A stretch of DNA of 64,000 nt from the human T2T-CHM13v2.0 reference genome, Homo sapiens, in the NCBI RefSeq assembly GCF_009914755.1, contig NC_060935.1; one strand, written 5' to 3'. Position numbers and translations under genes: made by a program. Shown here piece after piece: positions 54,051 through 64,000 of the stretch. Position 1 is the stretch's first letter; every line of letters starts with the position of its first letter. The notes beneath the pieces were generated by a model, which did no database searches, was not told where the DNA came from, and was given only the letters and a program-made list of their open reading frames with translations.

Positions 54051-56438
54051 GGAAACAAAATTAACATTTATTGAGCACTTGCTGTTTGTCAACCACTGTG
54101 TGCAGCATTTTAAATGCACATCCCCATCTAATCCTCAGGAAAATCAATGAAGAAAGTGCTCTTTTCCACCATTTTATCCCCGTACACCTGAAGCTCACAT
54201 TGCTTGAGAGATTAAAAATCATAGTAAGCAGCATGGCTCAGCCTGGCATTTATACTTCAGAGCCAGTGTGCTTAATGATGCTCTTTGGGGAGGGAAATAC
54301 TAACTGCCAAAGCCTGTTGGTGCCCAGACCTACTCCTGGGTAAACAAATAACTTGGAGTGGGGGCCAAACCGGCCTTTGAACCAGACAGACCTGGGTTTG
54401 AGACCAAGTTCCACATATCATAGCTGTGTGACCTTGGATGTGTCACTTAACTCATCTGAGCCTCTACTTCTTCATCTATAATGTAGGAGTAACAGAACTA
54501 CCCACGTCACAGTGTTGTTGGGAGAATTTAACAAAATAATATACATTTAGTGCTTAGCACAGTGCCTGAGAATCAGTTCTCAATAAGGGATAACTATTAT
54601 TACTAGGATCATTATGATTATCATAAATTTTGACATTCTTATTCCTCATAAAAGGTTTCAAATAAAGCTTTCTCCAATTCATATCCAGAAGCTGTTGAAC
54701 TTTCCTTGAAGATGACTCTGAACTTCATGTTTCCTCTCAGATAAAAGAGCAGAAAGGGCTTTCACAAATGACATTCATCAGAAAAGCACCTAGGATTCTG
54801 TGATTACTGAACTTCTCTCTTTTGGTATACAAGAAAATCAGAAGGAAAAAAGCTGTCTGGCTAAGTAGCTCCTGCTCCTGGATTTTGCTTTGTTTTGTTG
54901 TTGTTTTTGTATTGATTTTTTATGAAATATATCATGCAGAAAAGGCAAAGACTATTATAACACTCAAGTTCCCATCTCCCAGGTCTAACCAATATGAACA
55001 TCTTTCCGTATTTGCTTTATATCCTTCTGTGAATAAATAAAACATTACAAATGCAGATGAAGGTGCCTCTCATTCCCGTACATCTCATTCTTCTCCCTCT
55101 GTCCTGCTCACACCCTCGCTCCTTCTCTCCCAAGTGCTGATTTTCCAAGGCAGCTTTGAATGGATCTAGGTTTGCAGGCTAAAGCTCAAGCAGCTCACTT
55201 CCTAGTCCTGCGGGCAGACACCACATGCAAGGCCGTCACCAGGAAGTTTTTGTTCTGAGCTTCTGCCCAATGTTAAGTATGAAAGATGAGTCCAACACTA
55301 TTCTCCCAATAAGGCCTTACCATAAAAGTGCAGTGACAGACATTGAAATAAGCATATGCCCTGATTCCTCTTTGGAGAACCCTCTGGCCACATGATTTGA
55401 ATAGGGCTAACCCCACTCTCTGTCTCCAAGCCCTGGCCAGTGAGTTTACTGAATCCTCCTGGCCACAACCACTGCTTCAGTGATGTAAACGGGAACAATT
55501 AAAACCAGCCCCAGAATTTTTACTGAAGTTAGAGGAGGGAGGTGCTGCCTAACCTCTGGAGTCTTTCAGTGAGAGGATATAAACCTAGTGATGGAGGGAG
55601 CACCATAAATATAGCACCTGCCTGAGATCAAGCCAGCACACAGAGAAAGTATTGCTGAGTGATACCATTGAGCCTCTGGATCCAGTGATCCCAATGTTAG
55701 GTCTGTCACTGAAATTCCCACTTATAGGGCCAATATATTCCACTGTTGTGCTTAAATTTGTTTGAATTAAAGTTCTGTCCTGAATAATATTAAACAAAAC
55801 AACTAATGAATAAGACAGGACCTAACAGCAACACGTACTATCAGCCTGCATTCTTCTCTAAGTCTTTTACCTGTGAAAACTCATTTAATCCTGAGAAGAA
55901 CCCTCTAAAATGTAGATTCTATTATGATCTCCAGTTTATAGCTGAGAAAACTGAGCACAGAGAGAAGTAATTTGCTCAAAAACATTGAAGTATTAAATTA
56001 AATAGTGAAGCTGGGATTCAAATCCGGGACATCTGAGCTGGAGTTTAAATTGTTAACTACTACTGTACAATTCAGAAAGTGAATGTTTATAAAGAAGTCA
56101 TGATAAATGATAAAATGTGAGCTATTGTTATCAAAGAAAATACATTTCATAAAGAATATTGTGTCTTTAACTGGCCTTCGAAGGATGAGAAGCACAAATG
56201 GCAAATATAGAAAGGGAAGGAGAATTCCTCAGTGGGGGAGAAGACTTGAGCAAAGGCAAGAAATGAACACAAGAGCACTATATTTAAAGGTGACAAGTAA
56301 AAGACCTTATATTGATTTTTTTCATCCTAGGAAAATAAAGAAACTGTATATAAGACTTAATGTGTAGCATGATTCCCTAAATTTATAATTACTCTTTCAG
56401 GAATACTGGGAAGATAATGAGTTTAACCAAATCCCTGA

Positions 56439-56823
56439 TATATTAGTCCGTTCTCACACTGCTTTAAAGAACTGCCTGAGACTGAGTAACTTAGGAAGAA
56501 AAGAGGTTTCATTGACTCATAGTTCCACAGGCTGTACAGGAAGCATGGCTATGAGGCCTCAGGAAACTTATAGTCATGGCAGAAGGTGAAGGGGAAGGAA
56601 GCACATCTTACTATGGCAGATCAGGAGAGAGAGAGAACAAAGGGGAAAGTGCCACACACTTTCAAACAACCAGATCTCCTGAGAACTCACTCACTATCAC
56701 AAGAACAGCAAGGGGGAAGTCTACCCTCATTATTCAATCACCTCTCGTCAGGTCCCTCCCCCAACAAGTGGAGATTACAATTTGAGATGAGCTTTGTGTG
56801 GGGACATAAAGCCCAACATATGA
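56439..56823 (-). mobile_element. MSTA-like solo LTR
   Basis: 'gttccacaggctgtacaggaagcatggct..aaacaaccagatctc'; TSD CCTGA (56434-56438, 56824-56828). Confidence 0.88.
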
Positions 56824-58931
56824 CCTGAGCATATTGATTTGAAGTGACTAACAAGGAAAACCAAGTCGTCTCCTTCTCCCAGCCTCTCTAACCACCTCAG
56901 AGCCTCAAGGTGCATATGTGAGGATCCAACTAAAGATTAAGAGCTTTAGAATCAGATAAGTTGGGTTCGAAACCCAGCTCTGCAATTTATTAGTTATTTG
57001 GCGTTGAGCAAGCTATTTCATACCTCTGATGCTGTTTTCTCGTCTGTAAGAAGGAGTTAAGAACGTAGAGATTCTCATGGCGTTGCTTCACAATTTAAAT
57101 GAGATCATGTACATCTGTGCTTAGCACAGTGCATGGCAGAAAGTAAATTCCCAATATGGTCAGCACTATCAGTGATAGTATTAATGACAAAATCAAGTGA
57201 CAGTGAAGGTGCATACTGTTCTTAGGTGTAGCAAAGATCCAGGCCATTTGGCTGGGTCCTCTAAGCTATTTGTCTTTGCCTTAGAGGTGGGAAGAGGAGC
57301 CATGGAGGCCAATAGAAACCATCTATTGCTTTCCCTTTTCAAGGCAGCCAGAATAATTTTTCAACCACTGAAATTATAAAGAAGATGCTCAATCTGCTGA
57401 TAATTTGATTTTAATTAGAACTTCCATCCACAATGCTGGACTTGCAAGGGAAAAAAAGAAGCAGAAATGAAACAGCAATTAACCTTTGGTTTTCAGCTTA
57501 TTTGTTCCTAACCAACATGGGTCAGTTGCCATAGAGATTATACCTACGTGATCTGCAGATGTGAGCAAAGCTGCCTGGAGCCTCTGAACTGACCTGCTCT
57601 CAGTGTGGCTTTGGGATAATTAAAAATCTACTAAAGAAAGAATTGAAAGTTAATCTGAAACTCTAGTCCAAAGCAGACTTGAATGGAAGTAGAAGAAAAG
57701 GAGAGGAAGACAAGGAGAAATTAGAGTCAGGAAAAAAAAGTTAAAAGTTAAAGACACAAATTACTTTCCCTACTTTGGAAAAAAAATTGATCTCTTTCAT
57801 TCACAACTTTCCAGAGTCTGACTGTCTGTGACTTTAGGAGAGATTTATCGAATGAGGAGGAAATGAGGGGGCATGAAGAATTTGTCGCTTCTATTAGAAG
57901 GGGATCTCTTAGCTTTGGATGGTGACCAGCCCACCTTAGCCAGGGAGGCTGAAGTAGGGATGGGGTTAGCAACCGTGAGCTTGAAATTCTAGTCTCCAGA
58001 AAAGTGGGTGTGCATGAAGCAATGGAGCAAAGTCACTGGTGGCATGCAGATGTCTTGGGCCAGGTCACACCAGCAATAGCATGGAAACAGAGAGCAGGAC
58101 ATCTAGTGTGAAAGAACCAGCAAGTTGCTCAGTCATTGGAATCTTACCTCCCTGCAGGAAATCCATTCCCCATTTGCCCAGTGGATCCCTTTTCAGCCGG
58201 ATAGAGCTTGGTCTACATCTGTCTCCATTCCCCAGCTATATTCTGGCCCCTTTCCTTCTTTTTGGCCCAACACTTACAAAATCAAGGTCAGATGGATAAT
58301 TAAGTTATATCTTCTCCCAAATCTAAGGGCTGTTAATTACCCAGGACAGTGCTAATCACTATTAGGGAACAAAATAGCATCTGACTTAAGTGGATTCTAA
58401 TTAAAGCTTTAGTATTATCTCCTGAAGCAGTGACTTTGAAAGTTTTTTTCTTTCATACAAGATCCTTCTAGGAAGCACTGTCCTGGGGATCCTTCATAAA
58501 AGCCCCCTCCTCAGTGAAGCCTTCCCTGTCCACCCTGTCTACAGTAGCCCCCATCATTCTTGACCACACCATCCTGTCATGAATAATGTTTTCATAGAAC
58601 TTATAACTTACTGGAATAATCGTGTTCATTTTGTTAATATTTTCCATAAGCTTCATAAGAGCAGGAGAACTTGTTACCTTGTGTATAATTGTATTTTCAG
58701 TGCGTAGAACAGTGCCTGGACAATCAAATACTCAACAGGCATTTGTTGACTAAATAAATGACTGTTCCCCTAGGCCTGCCCAGTTTATGTGCCACTTACA
58801 GCCAGCTATCATTCCAACCTATCTTTCTCCTCTAGAAAGTATTTCAGAATGTATAAGAATGACAGAATTATTGAACTATTCCTTCTTTCAACAAATATTT
58901 ATCAAATGTTTACTACATGCCATATACTATG

Positions 58932-59302
58932 TATATTAATCCATTCTCATGCTGCTAATGAAGACATACCCAAGACTGGGTAATTTATAAATTATAATTT
59001 ATAAAAGAAAGAGGTTTAATTGACTCATGGTTCCACAGGGCTGGAGAGGCCTCAGGAAACTTACCTTCATGGCAGAAGGGGAAACAAACACATCCTTCTT
59101 CACATGGTAGCAGCAAGGAGAAGTGCAGAGCGAAGGGGGAGAAAGCCCCTTCTAAAACCATCAGATCTCATGAGAACTTACTCGCTATCATGAGAACAGC
59201 ATGGAGGTAACCGCCCCCATGATTCAATTACCTCCCACCAGGAGATTATGGGAGCTATAATTCAAGATGATATATAGGTGGGGACACAGGCAAACCATAT
59301 CA
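58932..59302 (-). mobile_element. THE1D-like solo LTR inserted in an L2
   Basis: THE1 consensus features; TSD CTATG (58927-58931, 59303-59307); L2 homology on both sides (~58880-59960). Confidence 0.88.
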
Positions 59303-60509
59303 CTATGCTAGGTGCTGGCAATAAAAAAGACAAGGCTCCTGCCTTATGGAGGTTCCATTATGAAAGTGGAAAAATAGCTGCTGTACATTGACGTACAAAT
59401 AAAAAGTAAGATTTAGTCATTAATGGTGGTGTTCATTGCAATGGAGGGAATCAATGGGGTGATGTGATAGGAAGTAATGGGGTTGGGAGGGCAGTGTGTC
59501 AGGGGAAGTCACTTCAGTTCAGAGTCAGGGAAGGCCTCTTCCGTAAGGTAATATTTGAGAGCCTGTCTCACAATAAGAAAGGAATTCTACGCAGAGGGAA
59601 CAGAAGATGCAAACTCCATGAGGTTGGAAAGAGCTCAGCACTTTCAAGAGCTCAAGGGTAGTGGTCCAGCGGGAGAGAAAAAGGTGTCAATGAAGAGGTA
59701 CACTGGGCCTTGAGGATGGGGAAGGAGTTTGTATTTTATGTTGACCACAATGAGAAGGTACCAGCAGGTTTAAGCAGGAGCATGGCATGGTCTGAATTAC
59801 ATGTTAAGAAAATTACTCTGGCTGCTAGGTGGAGAATGAAAGGAGGAGGAAGAATAGATGCGAAAGGGCAGCAAGTGGCAATTGCAGTTATCAAAGCAGA
59901 GATGATGGCTGCTGCCTTGCTCTTGGCTGGTTGCAAAAGCGAGGAGGAAAAACAGAGATAACCTCATCTCATTCTAATATGTATTTTTATTAAATTTTTA
60001 AATAAATTATTTACAAATTCGTGTGCTTCATTATAATAACAAAGCATTATTATATTGATTAGAACATACAAGCATGTTGTGACTAATGGCTGGGAATTGC
60101 TGTTCTGGAGAAATTAACACTGGTTAGGCAGGTGAGAAGAGGCATAGTAGCCCAAGGCTTATATACATATACCGAGGTCCTGTAAGTATGACTGCTCTAC
60201 CACTCCCTTCTGGCCTGTGATTGAATTTGTCACCTCTCATCACCACACATCAATCTTAGGCCTGACCTCAGCAATGTCACTTTGATCATGCCCCTTCAGG
60301 GTATAGTCTACATAGTCTACAGATGCTGGGTTAGTTAGCAACGTGACCCTGCCGTCAGCACTCCGGAATGATCAATATTACAATACAGAGCTCATTGCAG
60401 GACACTTCGCTGGTTACCCACTGGCTGAGATGCCAGTCACACTGATAAACAGAGGTGGGGATGTACAAAAATTTACCTCAAAGCCATCTGCCTCCTAGGA
60501 TTGTCCAAT

Positions 60510-60662
60510 CCAATGATTCTCAATCTAGTTGGATAGTTAGAATCACCGGTAGCTTGTTTTAAGTTGCAGATAAGAATCTCTGGGTATAGAGTTCAGAGAT
60601 GATTGTGCTTTTAAATCTCTGTAAGTGATGCTAATGGGCAGCTAGGTTTGAGAACCACAGTT
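60510..60662. mobile_element. MER5-family fragment
   Basis: 'gattctcaa..ttagaatcacc..ggtttgagaaccac'. Confidence 0.6.
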
Positions 60663-63129
60663 TCTAACCCAACTGTCTTATCTATCACAGTCTACCTTAT
60701 CTAAGACCCTGTGGGACTTCCTCTTTCTCAATCCTCACCCCTGTTAGGCTTTGACAAAGAAATACATTCCAGCAGATTCTAACGGCTACCATTTAGTTGG
60801 TTCTCACCAGCTTCCAGGCAAGATGATCAGCACCTTGCCAATGCTATCTCATTTCATCCTCATAACCACCCTCTGAAGCAGCAGCATCAAGAAGGCTGAG
60901 AAAATGCTGGCTCAGAGAAATTATTCGAGATGCCCAAAGTCACATAGCTAATCAGACAAGTCAGACTTCATACCAAGGTCTTACGATTCTTCATGACTAA
61001 GCAACTGTAACACTGTCTCTTCACTGTCTCTTAGAGAAATCAAAGTTTCAATCCCTGTTTTGCCCCCTACTGGCTGTGTAATATTGGTGAGTTATTTAAC
61101 CTATCCAAATCCCAAGTCCCTCTTGTAAACAGCTTGTTGTCCACTCCAGCCCTCTTCTCCCCCATATTTTCTCATTAAGTCTCATTAGTTCTCAAAGCAT
61201 TGCATATCCATGCTACCTGCTTTTTTCTCTATCTGCCACATGCATCTCACCACGGATTCCTTCGGATCTTGGCTAAGGACCCTCCAGCACCTAGCACAGA
61301 GCTTGGCCCAAAGTAAGAAGTCAATGTCCATTGAACTGAAAAAGATAGCCTCCCACTGGGATAACATAATTTGGGAATTTGGGTTGTTGTCTGACATTCA
61401 GCAAAACCCTCCACAAGAGCCACATTGGCCCTTACAGAGCTCTCCTATCAGGTGACCAGGGATACTCAATGTTAAACTGCAAAGGGCAAATGGTCTGTGT
61501 GATCCCAGGCACTTATTTAGAAGAATTAACTATATTTACATAACTTTACATATATTCAAGGCAAAAATTTATGATATATTTATTCAAGGCAAAAAAGATG
61601 CAGATGTGAAATACCAAAGACAAAAATATTTTCCCATAACATATAGTGCAAGTGTTAGAGAACAATGCAATTCTACAACTCTCCCTTCTATCACAGCCAA
61701 AGTTGGGTCTTCCAAATTATCAAAAGGTGACCCTTATCAGCATAAAAAGGAGAGTGAACTTAGTCATAATTGAAGATCAAAAATCAAGAAACAACCAACC
61801 TTCCTTGTTGCCACTTCTACCCTTAGATTAGAACCAGAAGGCTATGGAAGAGAAGGATAAGGGACTCACTTTTCCTCTCTAAATCCCTTGCAAAGGAGCA
61901 TGAGAATTTGTACAGTTGAGGACACTGCATTAGAGAGAAATCAGTCACCCCTTCAATCCCAGAAGAGATTTTTTCTTTAAAAGATCTTTGTGAGGTGGCA
62001 AGTGCTTAATATAAGATGATGATGATGATTATTATTATTCTTTCATAGTACCAGTTCTTGCCTTCATTCATTTAGTCATTCAAAAAAACATTTACTGAGC
62101 ATCCACTGAGTACTCTTATCCTCTTCATTGTGCTACTGGGCTTGAAGGGAGAAACTGACGAGACTCCTGTCAATAGAGAATTTCAAAAAGAGACAAAAAA
62201 AAACAAAACTTTACTTGAACTTGAGCAGCTGCATTGTTTGAGCTCAGTTCTTTATCTGAAAAATGGAGAATAAAATACCAATTTTCCATGGTTAGTGTAA
62301 TAGAATATAATAGCCTCAGTGTGATATCTGTTACATAGTAGAGACTCAATAAAAAACAGTCATTATCACAGTTATTCTTGCTATAAGGGAATTTAATGAA
62401 GGTACTATGAAATCACAAAGGAGAGAACACTTACCTCTGTGGAACTATTCAATGAGGGAATAAAGGCATCATGTCACCAAGCCAATACTGTACTTCAGAG
62501 ATTTATGGAATCACTGCTTATGTGCCACTTAGCAACTTCTGAATGCCTATTAACTTGTATTTGAAAACCTCAACTCAGGGGTCTATGTCTCTTTCTGTCC
62601 ACAGTGACATCTGATGTCTAGGTCTTCACTTTCTTTGACAGACCTAGAATCTGCTAAGGAGAAAAACAGAGGGAAATTGAGAGTACATAACCATTAAAAT
62701 TAATTGCTCACAAACATTAGAAATCAGACACCCATTGCAGTCATAAAATATGGATAAGGATTTGCTGAAAGTCATTTATATTAAATTACTTTTATAATAA
62801 TATTTAACTTTTAAGCTTTAAATATTTAGTGCTTCTTTTCTTGTTGTTTGCAAGGAAACTTGCAGCTGTTTCATAGCTGAAGAACTCCATATCCATTCTG
62901 ACTTGAGGCCCAGAGGACTGGACATCAAACCAGCAGCTCTGAGAGTTGAGACCAGCATGTGTGTCAGTGACTTGATATTAGCCAACTCTCATTCATTCAA
63001 CAAAAATTAACTGAAACTCTTGGCATTCCAGATTCCAGGATATAAAGATATATAAAGCATGATCCAAGAACCCAAAAACTATCAAGAAAAGACAGGAAGG
63101 AAAAACCCAACTGTTACAAAATGTTGCCT

Positions 63130-63590
63130 ACATTTCCCCCACACTCATTCCCAAATTACTTAATAGCTTAGAAATGCATCTTGCTCTTTCCCACCTCCAT
63201 GTCTCTGCCTGTGCTAGTCCCCCTACCTTAAATGACAACCCTCCGCCTTGCCATCTCCCAATTCTCCTTATGGATTTAGCTTTAATTGTAACGGGGGTCA
63301 TCACTTCCAAGAGGCTTTTCCAGGAACTACTTGCAGTGTAATTTAGACGTCAAACATTTAATCCACTCTGTTCATACTTAATCCACCCTTTAGACACTAA
63401 CTCTTAATTCACTCTGTGCATACTTCAGTCATAATACCCATCACACTTCCCTGCACTTGTTGATTTACTTGTCAGTCTCCTCTGCCAGCCTGTGAGATAC
63501 TTGTGTCTAATGCATGATTATATTCCTATGTCCTTTGCAGTAACTGACACAGCATAGATGTTCAATTAAACTTTTGGAAGTCAATAAATT
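63130..63590 (+). mobile_element. L2 3' fragment
   Basis: 'catcacttccaagaggctttcc'-like motif, 'gatttacttgtcagtctcc', 'tgacacagcatagatgttcaattaaac'. Many other MIR/L2 fragments occur (e.g. ~11490-12160, 29280-30220, 54060-54600, 56930-57190, 58450-58770) and are not listed individually. Confidence 0.6.
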
Positions 63591-63765
63591 AATTGCATAA
63601 TTAATTAATTTGGTAGTATAAGTGTTATAGTAGATAGGTTTACTTAGTATAATGCAACTGTATGGAGGGATACAACCAACTTCTTGTGGGGAATGAGGAG
63701 GAGGGATGCTGTCAGGAAATACTTAGAAATGATCATAGCATTTGAGCAAATTTCTGGAAAAACTG

Positions 63766-64000
63766 TGATATGGTTTGGCTCTGTGTCCCCACCCAAATCT
63801 CACCTTGAATTGTAATAATCCCTATGTGTCAAGGGTGGGACCAGGTGGAAATAAATCATGGGGGTGATTTCCCCCATGCTGTTCTCATGATAATGAGTGA
63901 GTCTTGTGAAATCTGACTGTTTCATAAGCATCTGGCATTTCCCCTGCTGGCACTCATTCTCCCTTCTGCCACCCTGTGAAGAGGTGCCTTCCACCAAGAT
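63766..64000 (+). mobile_element. THE1D-like LTR, cut by the window end
   Basis: 'tgatatggtttggctctgtgtccccacccaaatctcaccttgaattgtaataatccc'. Confidence 0.85.

Noticed and set aside
61553-61595. 15-bp direct repeat TATTCAAGGCAAAAA
   Set aside because: Short local duplication with an AT-rich spacer and no tail; ordinary slippage.

Overview
Repeat-dense, AT-rich catarrhine primate (probably human) genomic DNA with no intact host protein-coding gene. The main non-transposon feature is an intronless, heavily decayed, near full-length retrocopy of MAN1B1 (ER class I alpha-1,2-mannosidase, GH47) on the minus strand (~4389-7330; coding remnant 7279->4828). It is split by an old ERVL-type LTR and preceded by a small CpG/ETS/CCAAT promoter-like patch. 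The rest is transposon-derived: a full-length but ORF-disrupted L1PA3/4-type element (36250-42402), an L1 with an inverted structure, a complete MSTA LTR-int-LTR element, a solo LTR7 (HERV-H), THE1/MST/MLT LTRs, Tigger/MER DNA transposons, Alus, and many MIR/L2 fragments. Other notable items are a 45-bp-stem hairpin at 1692-1787 and a 38-nt poly(A)-tailed, TSD-flanked insertion of unidentified origin at 33258-33339. I find no convincing evidence of a new multi-gene biological system. Repeat subfamily names come from recalled consensus sequences, not a search, and boundaries without TSDs are approximate.
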